Counted from the stretch's first letter, positions 29,225-39,563 are shown. The stretch is 64,000 bases of DNA from Candidatus Magasanikbacteria bacterium CG10_big_fil_rev_8_21_14_0_10_36_32 (GCA_002778465.1 PFBV01000005.1:7534-71533); one strand, 5' to 3'. Notes: generated from the letters alone by a model not told the origin. Numbers and translations: made by a program.

Positions 29225-29995
29225 ATGATTGATCTCAATACCCAAGCAAAAAATACATGGTGTCCCGGTTGTACAAATTTTTTGATTTTATCCGCTTTTA
29301 AAAATGTGTTAAATGAATTGTTTTCCACCGGATTAAACAAAGACAATGTTGTTATGACGGCCGGTATCGGTTGTCATGGAAAAATTGCGGATTATGTTAA
29401 TATTAACAGTTTTATTTCTTTACATGGACGAGAAGTGGCCACTGCCACTGGAATAAAATTAGCTAATCCAAAGTTAACAGTAGTGGCTTTTGCTGGTGAT
29501 GGTGACGCGTACGCTGAAGGAATTGAACACTTAGTTCATGCCGCCAAAAGAAATAGTAATATAACCTTGTTGGTTCATAATAATCAGGTTTTTGGCCTTA
29601 CAACCGGTCAGGTGACACCAACCAGCGTTAAGGGCTATAAAGGCCGTTCTACTCCATTTGGCAGCGTAGAAGAGCCATTAAACCCACTATCAGTGCTATT
29701 GTCGTCTGGTGCGACGTTTGTTGCGCGTACCTATGCGGGAAATTTACAGGAAATGCAGGTAATTATGAAAAAAGCGATTCAGCATAAAGGTTTTTCTGTT
29801 GTTGATATACTGCAGCCTTGTATCAGTTTTAAAGACACTCGTGAATATTTTAAAGAGAGAGTTTGTGAATTGGAAAAAAATTATCCGACCGATAAATTAG
29901 ATATGGCTTTGGTTGAAGTCAGATCAAACGGAGATAAAATTCCTTGTGGAATTTTTTATCAGGTTCAGAAGCCAATTTTTGAAGATTCATTTTAA
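29225..29995 (+). CDS. 2-oxoacid:ferredoxin oxidoreductase beta subunit (TPP-binding)
   Basis: WCPGC, GIGCHG, GDGD...HNN and GLTTGQ motifs. Confidence 0.93.
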   Translation: MIDLNTQAKNTWCPGCTNFLILSAFKNVLNELFSTGLNKDNVVMTAGIGCHGKIADYVNINSFISLHGREVATATGIKLANPKLTVVAFAGDGDAYAEGIEHLVHAAKRNSNITLLVHNNQVFGLTTGQVTPTSVKGYKGRSTPFGSVEEPLNPLSVLLSSGATFVARTYAGNLQEMQVIMKKAIQHKGFSVVDILQPCISFKDTREYFKERVCELEKNYPTDKLDMALVEVRSNGDKIPCGIFYQVQKPIFEDSF

Positions 29996-30018
29996 TATTT
30001 TAATGAGTTAGCTTATTT

Positions 30019-32052
30019 ATGAATCTTGATAAATTATTTAATCCGCGCGCTGTAGCGGTTGTGGGTGCGTCTGATGATAAAACAAAAATCGGACATACTT
30101 TAATGTATAATTTATTGCGCGGAAAAAAACGAAAGGTATATCCGATTAATCCGGCTTTTAAAAAAGTGGAACATATTTTGTGTTACCCCTCGGTTAAAAA
30201 TATTACAAGTGAGATTGATTTAGCTGTAATTGCCGTTAAACCGGAAATTGTTCCGGCAGTTTTAAAAGATTGCGGCGAGAAAAAAATTCCTTTTGTCATT
30301 ATTATCACCGCCGGTTTCAAAGAAGTTGGTGCTGAGGGCAAAAAATTGGAAGAAGAAATTAAAACTATCGCCGCCAAATATAAAATTAGTTTAGTCGGAC
30401 CGAATTGTTTAGGTGTGATGGGTGTACAAAGCGATTTAAATGCTACTTTTGCCGGTGATCTGCCGATAAAAGGTAAAACGGCTTTTATCTCGCAATCGGG
30501 TGCGGTCGGAACAGCTATGTTGGATTGGGCGAAAAAAGAAAAAATTGGATTTTCAAAATTTGTTTCCATCGGCAATGAGGCCGGTCTGACGGAAAATGAT
30601 TTTTTGAAATATTTTACCGATGATTCTTCGGTTGCGGCGATCTTAATGTATCTAGAAGGCATTAGTGATGGACAAAAATTTGTTAAATTAGCTAAAAAAA
30701 TTACAGCTAAAAAACCGTTAGTTATCTTAAAGGCTGGAAAATCAGCCCGTGGTTCAGCGGCGGTTGCTTCGCATACCGGTTCGTTGGCGCCGTCGGAAAA
30801 GATTTTTCAATCCGCTTGCCGTCAGGCCGGCGCGGTTTATGTTGAATCGCTGGAAGATATGTTCAATCTGGCGAAAATGTTTGAAGCTGGATTATTGAAG
30901 CCGATGACTAATTTGGCGATTTTAACCAATGGCGGCGGACCGTCGGTGGTGATGTCCGATTTAATTGAAGCGTCTGAACACTTGTCACTGGCTGAAATTT
31001 CCGAACCGGTTAAAAATCAATTAAGGAAAGTTTTGCCGCCGACGGCGGCGGTTGGCAATCCGGTTGATATTATTGGCGATGCTTTGAGCGACCGTTATGA
31101 AGCGGCTTTGAAAATTTTAACCGAGGAAAAAAGCATTAATGGAATAATTGTGATTTTGACCCCGCAAAAAATGACCGACGTAAAAGAAACGGCTGAAGTT
31201 TTGGTTAAATATAAGAATAAAAAACCGATTGTTCCGGTTTTTCTCGGCGGCGAGGCGATTATTCCGGCCGAAGAAGTATTTAAGAAAAATCGGATGGCTT
31301 ATTTTCATGATCTTCGTCCGGCGCAAAAAGCTTTGGACGCGCTGGCAGTTGGAGTTAAAAAGGCTTCCGCTGACGCTCCGGCTAAAACTAAAAAAGATGA
31401 AACAGTTTCGGTCAGACAATTGGATTTTGAGGAATCAAACAAACTGTTATATTCGGTTGGGTTAAAAACTGTGGGTGTTTTTGCTAAACAAAAAACCGAT
31501 TTGAAAAAAGCGCTGGTCGGAATGAAGTATCCACTGGCGATGAAAGTTGTTTCAGAGCAAGTAATACATAAATCCGACGCTGGCGGCGTACAGATACAAC
31601 TGGCGGATTTCGCGGCGGTGGAAAAAGCTTGGGATGTCATTGTTAAAAATATAAAAATAAAAGTTCCGAAAGCTAAAATTGACGGAATGGTTATTCAGCC
31701 AATGGTTTCCGGAAAAGAAGTTATTATCGGTATGAAACGCGACGCTTCGTTCGGTCCTGTGGTTCTGTTCGGTTTGGGCGGTATTTTTACCGAGGTGTTG
31801 AAAGACGCGTCAATGCGGGTTTTGTCGGTGGCGGAAAAAGAGGCGATGGAAATGATTGATGAATTGAAAGGCTCGGCGATTTTAGCCGGCAGCCGCGGTG
31901 AAAAATCGGTTGACCGCAAGGCTTTGGTTAAAATAATTTTGGCCATTGCCAAATTGGCGGAAAATCATCCGGAAATTAGGGAAATTGATTTAAATCCGGT
32001 AATGGCCACGTCCACCGGTGCTACTTTAGTTGATGTAAGGATTTTGACTTAA
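30019..32052 (+). CDS. Acetate--CoA ligase (ADP-forming), fused alpha/beta
   Basis: AVVGAS, GPNCLG, SQSGA, ASHTGSLA (phospho-His) and HKSDAGGV ATP-grasp motifs. Confidence 0.92.
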   Translation: MNLDKLFNPRAVAVVGASDDKTKIGHTLMYNLLRGKKRKVYPINPAFKKVEHILCYPSVKNITSEIDLAVIAVKPEIVPAVLKDCGEKKIPFVIIITAGFKEVGAEGKKLEEEIKTIAAKYKISLVGPNCLGVMGVQSDLNATFAGDLPIKGKTAFISQSGAVGTAMLDWAKKEKIGFSKFVSIGNEAGLTENDFLKYFTDDSSVAAILMYLEGISDGQKFVKLAKKITAKKPLVILKAGKSARGSAAVASHTGSLAPSEKIFQSACRQAGAVYVESLEDMFNLAKMFEAGLLKPMTNLAILTNGGGPSVVMSDLIEASEHLSLAEISEPVKNQLRKVLPPTAAVGNPVDIIGDALSDRYEAALKILTEEKSINGIIVILTPQKMTDVKETAEVLVKYKNKKPIVPVFLGGEAIIPAEEVFKKNRMAYFHDLRPAQKALDALAVGVKKASADAPAKTKKDETVSVRQLDFEESNKLLYSVGLKTVGVFAKQKTDLKKALVGMKYPLAMKVVSEQVIHKSDAGGVQIQLADFAAVEKAWDVIVKNIKIKVPKAKIDGMVIQPMVSGKEVIIGMKRDASFGPVVLFGLGGIFTEVLKDASMRVLSVAEKEAMEMIDELKGSAILAGSRGEKSVDRKALVKIILAIAKLAENHPEIREIDLNPVMATSTGATLVDVRILT

Positions 32053-32060
32053 ATTACATT

Positions 32061-32090
32061 AAAAAAAGCCGCCCAGTTGGGTGGCTTTTT
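32061..32090 (+). terminator. Intrinsic terminator
   Basis: AAAAGCCGCCC-agtt-GGGTGGCTTTTT. Confidence 0.8.
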
Positions 32091-32162
32091 ATCTTGCCTT
32101 TTTTTTTCGCTTATGTTAGAATAATTACGCTCTTTTTTGAGCTTAATTTTTATATCAAAAAC

Positions 32163-34904
32163 ATGTCATTTCTTAATAAAATTTTTGGTGATCCGAATAT
32201 AAAAGTAATTAAAGAAATTCAGCCGATTGTTGATAAAATTAATTCGCTGGAACCGGAAATTCAGAAGTTGAGTTTGGAAGGTCTAAAAAATAAAACTGAA
32301 GAGTTTAAAGACCGTTTGATAAAAGGTGAGTCTTTGGACGATATTTTACCTGAAGCCTTTGCGGTTGTCAGGGAAACTTCAAAACGCGTAACAGGTATGC
32401 GTCATTTTGATGTTCAGTTGATTGGCGGTGTGGTTTTACACCGTGGACAAATTTCAGAAATGCGTACTGGTGAGGGAAAAACTTTGGTAGCGACTTTACC
32501 TACTTATTTAAACGCCTTGTCAGGCAAAGGTGTTCATTTGGTAACAGTTAATGATTATTTGGCAAAACGTGATGCTGTTTGGATGGGTCAAATTTATGAT
32601 GCTCTAGGTTTGTCTATCGGTATTATTCAGCAACAGTTGACTTCTTATAAATATTCTGCCACCGCCAAAGCCAATGTTGGTGAAGGAAGTGAAACCGACA
32701 AAGAGAGAGATGTTATTGGTATGTTTAAAATTGAACATGATTATTTGTTGCCTTGTTCGCGTAAAGAAGCTTATCAGTGTGATATTACTTATGGCACGAA
32801 TAATGAATTTGGGTTTGATTATTTGCGTGACAATATGGTTCAAAATTTGGACGATATGTCTCAACGTGAATTGAATTTTACCATTGTTGATGAAGTTGAT
32901 TCTATTTTGATTGATGAAGCTCGGACACCTTTGATTATTTCCGCGCCGGCAGAAAAAGCAACAGACATATATTATAAATTTGCCGAATTGGTTGAACGCT
33001 TAAAAGAAAATGAAGATTATAATGTTGATGAAAAAATGCGTTCGGCGACTTTAACCGATGCTGGTATTAAGAAAATGGAACAGTGGTTGGGAGTAGATAA
33101 TATTTATGCCGAAGGAGGTGTTGGCACTGTTCATCATGTTGAGTCGGCTTTGAGAGCTAAAGTTCTTTTTAAGCGTGATCGCGATTATGTGGTAGAAAAC
33201 GGCGAAGTTATTATTGTTGATGAATTTACCGGAAGAAAGATGATTGGCCGACGTTATAGTGAAGGTTTACATCAGGCGATTGAGGCAAAAGAGGGTGTAG
33301 AAATTCAACGTGAAAGTCAGACAATGGCTACTGTTACCTTTCAAAATTATTTTAGAATGTACAAAAAAATATCAGGCATGACCGGTACGGCGGTGACTGA
33401 AGCCGAAGAATTTGGGAAAATTTATAATTTGGAAGTTGTAGTTATTCCAACTAATAAAAAAATTTGTCGTTTAGACCATTCAGATCGCATTTATCGAACC
33501 GAGGAGGCAAAATATCGGGCGATTGCTAAACATGTTAAAGAATTACAAGATAAAGGACAGCCGGTTTTAATTGGTACTATTTCAGTGGATAAAAATGAAG
33601 CTTTGAGTTTATTTTTAGAACAAGAGGGTATTAAACATGAGATTTTGAATGCTAAAAATCATGAGAGGGAAGGCGAAATTGTGGCACAGGCTGGCCGTGC
33701 AGGAGCGGTTACTTTAGCTACCAATATGGCAGGTCGTGGTGTGGATATTATTTTGGGCGGAAATCCACCAGATAAAGAATTGTCGGAAAAAGTTAAAACA
33801 AATGGCGGTTTATTCGTTATCGGCACTGAACGACACGAGAGTCGTCGTATTGATAATCAATTACGAGGCCGTGCTGGACGTCAGGGTGATCCAGGTGAAA
33901 CTCAATTTTATCTTTCCACCGAAGATGATTTAATGAGAATTTTTGCCGGTGATCGAATTCGGGCAGTTATGCAGACATTACGTGTGCCGGAAGATATGCC
34001 GATTGAACAAAAAACCATTACTCGCATTATTGAATCGGCGCAGAAAAAAGTGGAAGGTTTTCATTTTGATACTCGTAAACATTTATTGGATTATGATGAT
34101 GTGTTAAATCGTCATCGCGAAGTGGTTTATGGAAAACGTCGGCAAATTTTGGAAATTTATGATATAGAAAAAAGATTATTGGTTGAACCAAATGCTGCTA
34201 AACCGGAAAAATCATTGCGTCAGTTGATTTTAGATATGGTGGAAGCGGAAATTGAACAGGTGGTATCTTTTCATACCAATACAGAAGATGCAAGTGAGTG
34301 GAATTTAAAAGAAATTGGAGAAACAATAACTACAATTTTTCCGTTAACAAATGCGGAAAAAATAGAGATAACAAATTTTGGACAAAAAAGCGCATTAAAA
34401 TTGGAATCAATTGAACATCGAACAAAAATTATTGAATATTTGGTGCAATTAGCTGGTCAAAAATATGAAGAAATGTTGGTTAAAGCAACTAATCAGCCCG
34501 AGTTAATGGTAGAAATAGAAAAACAGTTATTGCTTCGTTCGGTGGATAATTTATGGATTGAACATTTAGTGGCAATTGATTATTTGCGTACAGGCATTGG
34601 TTTGCGTGGGTATGGACAGCGTGATCCGTTAGTTGAATACAAAAAAGAAACTTATCGGATGTTTAATGAATTGTTGAATTTGATACAGAAGGAAGTTGTG
34701 TATTCTGTTTTCAAAATTAGTTATGGAATTCAAATGGCACCAAGCGTTATGCAAAAAGGTAATTTGGTTTTGACTGGCGCGGAGAAAGAACAATCGCCGG
34801 TCTCTTCTGGAAAAATTAAAGATGCTGAAGGTAAAACCATTGGCCGCAATGATCCATGTCTGTGCGGATCAGGCAAGAAATTTAAGAAATGTTGTGGATC
34901 ATAA
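32163..34904 (+). CDS. secA: Preprotein translocase SecA
   Basis: EMRTGEGKT, DEVDSILIDEARTP, ATNMAGRG and C-terminal SEC-C GRNDPCLCGSGKKFKKCC. Promoter TTGCCT-17-TAGAAT at 32094-32122. Confidence 0.98.
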   Translation: MSFLNKIFGDPNIKVIKEIQPIVDKINSLEPEIQKLSLEGLKNKTEEFKDRLIKGESLDDILPEAFAVVRETSKRVTGMRHFDVQLIGGVVLHRGQISEMRTGEGKTLVATLPTYLNALSGKGVHLVTVNDYLAKRDAVWMGQIYDALGLSIGIIQQQLTSYKYSATAKANVGEGSETDKERDVIGMFKIEHDYLLPCSRKEAYQCDITYGTNNEFGFDYLRDNMVQNLDDMSQRELNFTIVDEVDSILIDEARTPLIISAPAEKATDIYYKFAELVERLKENEDYNVDEKMRSATLTDAGIKKMEQWLGVDNIYAEGGVGTVHHVESALRAKVLFKRDRDYVVENGEVIIVDEFTGRKMIGRRYSEGLHQAIEAKEGVEIQRESQTMATVTFQNYFRMYKKISGMTGTAVTEAEEFGKIYNLEVVVIPTNKKICRLDHSDRIYRTEEAKYRAIAKHVKELQDKGQPVLIGTISVDKNEALSLFLEQEGIKHEILNAKNHEREGEIVAQAGRAGAVTLATNMAGRGVDIILGGNPPDKELSEKVKTNGGLFVIGTERHESRRIDNQLRGRAGRQGDPGETQFYLSTEDDLMRIFAGDRIRAVMQTLRVPEDMPIEQKTITRIIESAQKKVEGFHFDTRKHLLDYDDVLNRHREVVYGKRRQILEIYDIEKRLLVEPNAAKPEKSLRQLILDMVEAEIEQVVSFHTNTEDASEWNLKEIGETITTIFPLTNAEKIEITNFGQKSALKLESIEHRTKIIEYLVQLAGQKYEEMLVKATNQPELMVEIEKQLLLRSVDNLWIEHLVAIDYLRTGIGLRGYGQRDPLVEYKKETYRMFNELLNLIQKEVVYSVFKISYGIQMAPSVMQKGNLVLTGAEKEQSPVSSGKIKDAEGKTIGRNDPCLCGSGKKFKKCCGS

Positions 34905-34946
34905 AATAAAAAAGTCCGGCACGGTGGCCGGACTTGAAAAAAGAAC
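34905..34946 (-). terminator. boxA-like motif plus terminator of the GNAT gene, convergent with secA
   Basis: Minus strand GTTCTTTTTTC, then AAGTCCGGC-caccgt-GCCGGACTT and a T-run. Confidence 0.75.
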
Positions 34947-34950
34947 GAGT

Positions 34951-35445
34951 TTAGATGAGAAGAGGATAAAGATTTTTTCGGTAAATGATATCGCTTCCGC
35001 TACTGAGACGGTACAAATCCGTTTCACCGACAATTTGATAGCGGTGCTGCGTCAGGAACAGCCTGATTCCGAAATTATTTGCTTTGGCGTCGCAGAGCAC
35101 ATTAACGGATCCGAATTCCATCGTTCCTTCAATCTCGGCATTTTTGATGAGAAAACTGGCAAGGTAGCGTCCGCGCAGGTCTGGTCTGACTGTAAGATTT
35201 TTTAGCTCAAGGGTTTTAGTATATTTTTTATGGCGCTGATACACCATTACCCCGACAATCTGATTCAGTGAAAGCGCGATGATAACTCTTTTGTTTCCGT
35301 CCTTGATTTCCTGATGCGTTTTCTGCACCCAATCCTCGAAATCAGGATAATTCGCGTGAGGGGTCCACAATCGCGGACCCAAGAGATAATTAACAATCTC
35401 ATCTAATCTGGAAGTTGGATATTCATTGGTAAATCTGAAATCCAT
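34951..35445 (-). CDS. GNAT-family N-acetyltransferase
   Basis: LELKNLTVRPDLRGRYLASFL acetyl-CoA motif; has its own promoter, box and AAGGAG SD. Confidence 0.8.
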   Translation of the reverse strand: MDFRFTNEYPTSRLDEIVNYLLGPRLWTPHANYPDFEDWVQKTHQEIKDGNKRVIIALSLNQIVGVMVYQRHKKYTKTLELKNLTVRPDLRGRYLASFLIKNAEIEGTMEFGSVNVLCDAKANNFGIRLFLTQHRYQIVGETDLYRLSSGSDIIYRKNLYPLLI

Positions 35446-35574
35446 TTTAATTTTTTCTCCTTATTTCTGTTGTTTATTGATTTTATGATTAGTTGAGACA
35501 AAGAACAAACTATTTATAATATATTTTAAAGGTTTTGTCAAGATAGTACTCAATATGTAGAATATTGCATAATC

Positions 35575-35767
35575 ATAAAAATAACCCCTCCGTTGCGGGA
35601 GGGGTTGGAAAGAACTTCGTAGCGTTGGGGACCGATTTACGTCGGGAGCAAAACCGCCAGCGCGGCGACCTCCTGATTTTATCGGGCAATTGCTGCGGGG
35701 TTATAATTCTCCGCATCGTTGATTGGAACAATCACTGGTTTGTCCAGACAACACGGAGGGTTATGAT
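35575..35767 (-). ncRNA. Candidate structured non-coding RNA (about 190 nt)
   Basis: TTGACA(35802)-17-TGcTATATT promoter, a GC-rich multi-stem body, GTTCTTTCCAA box and terminator; no ORF with an SD. Confidence 0.5.
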
Positions 35768-35817
35768 AATAAAAATATAGCAAATTTATATAAAATTGTC
35801 AAGTATCTAATAATAGT

Positions 35818-36234
35818 ATGGATAAATATCAAAAGATAGTCACAACAGGATGTCTTATGCAAAATAATAAGGTTTTAATAGTGCGTCGCTCTGATGCAGA
35901 AACATTTTTACCCGGTTATTATGAAATGCCGGGAGGAAAATGCGATTTTGGAGAAAATCCAGAAGAAAGTTTAAAACGAGAATTTAAAGAGGAAGTTGGA
36001 TTAAAAATAGAAGCTACTAAACCGTATAGGATTTTTTCATATGTGTCGGATGAAGGAAAGAGACATACTGTTGAGATTGTTTATTTAGTAAAAGATGGTG
36101 AAGGTGAGATTCAATTAGGCAAGAATCATGTTGAGTATATTTGGATTACAAAAGATGAAATTAACAAATACCGAATTTCAGATGAGATAAAAATTTCAAT
36201 TTTGAAAGGTTTTGAAGAATTTTCACAGATGTAA
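35818..36234 (+). CDS. NUDIX hydrolase
   Basis: PGGKCDFGENPEESLKREFKEEVG Nudix box. Confidence 0.9.
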   Translation: MDKYQKIVTTGCLMQNNKVLIVRRSDAETFLPGYYEMPGGKCDFGENPEESLKREFKEEVGLKIEATKPYRIFSYVSDEGKRHTVEIVYLVKDGEGEIQLGKNHVEYIWITKDEINKYRISDEIKISILKGFEEFSQM

Positions 36235-36245
36235 AAATAAAAATT

Positions 36246-36845
36246 ATGAATTATCAGACAATACTGTTTGATTTTGACGGAGTATTATGTAAGGGGCGAT
36301 TTTATGAAAAAACTTTGTTGCCGGATTATCCTGAAGTATACGATTGGATTCAGTTAAATATTTTTAAGGATAAAGAATTAGTTAGAAGATGGATGAGAAA
36401 TCAAATTGATTCAATTGAGATTAATAAATTGATTAGTCAAAATACGGGTATAGAATATGAGATTTTAAAGAAGTTGTATAAAGAAAGTGTTAGGAATATT
36501 AAACTGGATGATAAATTGGTTGGTTTAGCTAAATCTATAAAATTGTCCGGTAAAAAAATCGGAATTGTAACAGACAATATGGATATATTTACTCAAATTA
36601 CTGTTCCGAATCACCGGCTTAATGTATTGTTTGATGTCATAATAAATTCGGCGGATTATGGCAGATTGAAAAATGAAGATAATGGCAAATCATTTGATGT
36701 TGCTTTATCCGATTTAGGTGAAAAAATTGAAAGTAGTTTAATGATAGATGATTCAGAATCGACGATTGAATTATATAAAAAGAAAGGCGGACACGGATTT
36801 GTATATAAAAATATTGAGGAATTAAAATCGTTTTTACGGGTATAG
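36246..36845 (+). CDS. HAD-family hydrolase
   Basis: FDFDGVL motif I and MIDDS motif IV. Confidence 0.82.
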   Translation: MNYQTILFDFDGVLCKGRFYEKTLLPDYPEVYDWIQLNIFKDKELVRRWMRNQIDSIEINKLISQNTGIEYEILKKLYKESVRNIKLDDKLVGLAKSIKLSGKKIGIVTDNMDIFTQITVPNHRLNVLFDVIINSADYGRLKNEDNGKSFDVALSDLGEKIESSLMIDDSESTIELYKKKGGHGFVYKNIEELKSFLRV

Positions 36846-36856
36846 AAATAATAAAC

Positions 36857-37427
36857 ATGAAAATAATACTAGGTTCACAATCAAAGGGTCGGCGGGGAGT
36901 TTTAGAAAAAATGGGATACGAATTTGAAGTAATGCCGTCTAATATTGATGAAGAAGAAATCAGATTAGAAAATCCGCAGGAATTAACTTTGGCTTTGTCT
37001 TACGTAAAAACTAACGCTTTATTGTCAAAAATTAAAGAACCGGCAATTTTAATCACTTCTGATCAAGTAGTCTGTTGGAATGGAACGGCTTCGTGAAAAA
37101 CCGGAAAACGAAGCTCAGGCAAGAGAATATTTATCTCGGGCAGTTGAATATCCTTTGGAAACGGTTACGGCTGTAGTGATTACTAATACTGTCACAGGTA
37201 AACAAGAGGAAGGAATAGATGTTGCAAAAGTTTATTTTTTAGATATTCCGGAAGAAACAATTGAAAAATTAATTAAAGAAGGACATATTTTTCATCAGGC
37301 TGGAGGATTTTCTATTGATGACCCGTTAGTGAGAGATTTTGTCAAACAAATTGAAGGGGAGCCGGAAAGTATTATTGGTTTGCCGAAAAAATTAACTGAA
37401 AGATTGATAGGGGAAGTTAAAAAGTGA
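36857..37427 (+). pseudogene. maf: Maf-family nucleotide pyrophosphatase split by a +1 frameshift
   Basis: IILGSQSKGRR...SDQVV in ORF 36857-37096 and LREKP...AGGFSI...IEGEPESIIGLP in ORF 37080-37427. Confidence 0.8.
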
Positions 37428-37507
37428 AAGCCTTTTGTCCACTTGCCAAAATTATAAAAAAGCGTTAAAATCACTGAAAATATATTTTTATTTAATTTAT
37501 CAGTTTT

Positions 37508-39553
37508 ATGGCTCATAAAAAAACATTTATTAAAACCATAACCAAAACTCAGGCTCGCTGGAGAGTGGCCGGTATTGCGATTTTGGCTATTGTTTGTTTG
37601 TTTTTAGTTTTACCAAATTATGTTAATGTTGGATTAAATTGGGTTAACAATCAGGTTAATTTAGGTTTACCATTATTACCGGAGTCAAGTTTTAATTTGG
37701 GTTTGGATTTGCAAGGAGGAGCTCATTTGGTTTATAAGGCTGATGTGATCAAAGTCGCGCCAGATCAGCGTGCAGCTTCAGTTGAAGGTGTCCGAGATGT
37801 GATTGAAAGAAGAGTTCGTGGCGGTTTGGGTGTGGCTGAACCTTTGGTTCAAACCACTAAATTTGGAGAAGAACACAGAGTGATTGTGGAGTTGCCAGGT
37901 GTTACCAATGTTTCTGATGCTATTCAAATGATTGGTGAAACTCCTGTTTTGGAATTTAAAGAAGAAAATAATGATCCACCAAGAGAGTTAACTGTTACGG
38001 AGAAGAAAGATTTAGATGAATTTAATCGATTGGCTGATAAAAAAATTAGAGAAGCGAAAAATGCTTTATACAGAATGAATTTTGAAGAAGCGGTTGGGCA
38101 ATATTCTGAAGATGAAGCCAGTAAAAAAGAATCAGGTAAAATCGGATTTATTACAGAAACAGGCTATCCAGAAATGTATAGCTGGGCTAAAACAGCTGCT
38201 ATTGGTGATGTTTCCGGTGTTATTAAAACAGCCGACGGTTATAGTATAGTTAAAAAATTATCTGAACGAACCGGAGAAAAATCAATCCAAGCATCACATT
38301 TGTTAATTTGTTATAGAGGCGCTGAACGTTGTGATGCAACTTATACCAAATCGTCTGCCAAAGAAAAAATTGAAGAACTTCAAAAACAGATAAATAAAGA
38401 TAATTTTGTTGAATTAACTAAACAATATTCTACCGAACCGGGCGCCCAAGAAGGTGGCGGTGATTTAGGTTTATTTAAAAAAGGAGAAATGGTGCCGGCG
38501 TTTGAAAATGCCGTTTGGGATTTGCCAATGAACACTGTTTCGGAAGTGATTGAAACAGAATTTGGTTATCATTTAGCTATTAAAATAGGAGAAGAACAGA
38601 AAATGGAGTATGAGTTGGCAAAAATTTTTGTTCCTACAAAAAGTGTAACAGACATTATTCCTCCAGTTGGTGAATGGAAGATTACCGGTTTAGACGGGTC
38701 ATTGTTAAAACGAGCTGAGGTTGTACAGAATAGTCAAATTGGAGAAATTCAAGTTAGCTTGACCTTTAACGATGAAGGCGCAAAATTATTTGGCGATATT
38801 ACCAGACGCAATATTGATAAGCCTGTGGCTATTTTCTTGGATGGTGAAGCAATCAGTATACCGAAAGTCAACGAACCAATCCTGGATGGTAGTGCGGTGA
38901 TTACCGGTGGATTTACTTGGGATGAAGCTAAATTATTAGCGCAGCGTTTAAATTCTGGTGCATTGCCTGTTCCTGTTGAATTAATTAGTCAACAGAAAAT
39001 TGATGCCGCTTTGGGTGTTGATTCGTTGACTACCAGTTTTAAGGCCGGATTGATTGGCTTATTACTGGTTATTATATTTATGGTATTCTATTATCGTTTA
39101 CCGGGTTTAATTTCAGTCTTAGCTTTATTAATTTACGCGGCTATCACATTAGCCATCTTTAAGGTTATTGGTGTTACCTTGACCCTTTCTGGAATTGCAG
39201 GTTTTATACTATCTGTTGGTATGGCAGTAGACGCGAATGTGTTGGTATTTGAACGTTTAAAAGAAGAATTAAAACAGGGTAAAAGCTTAAAACCGGCAAT
39301 GGAAGAAGCTTTTGTTCGCGCTTGGACTTCTATTCGTGACAGTAATGTTACCACATTAATCAGTTGTGCATTTTTAATTTGGATGGACATTGGTTTTGTT
39401 CAGGGTTTTGCCGTTACGTTGGCAATTGGTATTTTAGTTAGTATGTTTACTGCTATTATTGTCACTCGAAATTTAATGCGTGTATTTTTTAGCTGTTTCA
39501 AAGACAAAGCTAATTGGTTGTTTTTGGGAAGCTCGTCTAATAAAGAACAATAA
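37508..39553 (+). CDS. secD: Protein translocase SecD with inserted parvulin-type PPIase domains
   Basis: LGLDLQGG, LNSGALP and GMAVDANVLVFER motifs. The insert contains ASHLLI...GGDLG...MVPAFENA...ETEFGYH. Confidence 0.93.
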   Translation: MAHKKTFIKTITKTQARWRVAGIAILAIVCLFLVLPNYVNVGLNWVNNQVNLGLPLLPESSFNLGLDLQGGAHLVYKADVIKVAPDQRAASVEGVRDVIERRVRGGLGVAEPLVQTTKFGEEHRVIVELPGVTNVSDAIQMIGETPVLEFKEENNDPPRELTVTEKKDLDEFNRLADKKIREAKNALYRMNFEEAVGQYSEDEASKKESGKIGFITETGYPEMYSWAKTAAIGDVSGVIKTADGYSIVKKLSERTGEKSIQASHLLICYRGAERCDATYTKSSAKEKIEELQKQINKDNFVELTKQYSTEPGAQEGGGDLGLFKKGEMVPAFENAVWDLPMNTVSEVIETEFGYHLAIKIGEEQKMEYELAKIFVPTKSVTDIIPPVGEWKITGLDGSLLKRAEVVQNSQIGEIQVSLTFNDEGAKLFGDITRRNIDKPVAIFLDGEAISIPKVNEPILDGSAVITGGFTWDEAKLLAQRLNSGALPVPVELISQQKIDAALGVDSLTTSFKAGLIGLLLVIIFMVFYYRLPGLISVLALLIYAAITLAIFKVIGVTLTLSGIAGFILSVGMAVDANVLVFERLKEELKQGKSLKPAMEEAFVRAWTSIRDSNVTTLISCAFLIWMDIGFVQGFAVTLAIGILVSMFTAIIVTRNLMRVFFSCFKDKANWLFLGSSSNKEQ

Positions 39554-39563
39554 TTTTTTTCAT

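Noticed and set aside
35565-35780. 71-aa plus-strand ORF
   Set aside because: TTG start and no SD; the promoter and terminator point to a minus-strand transcript.
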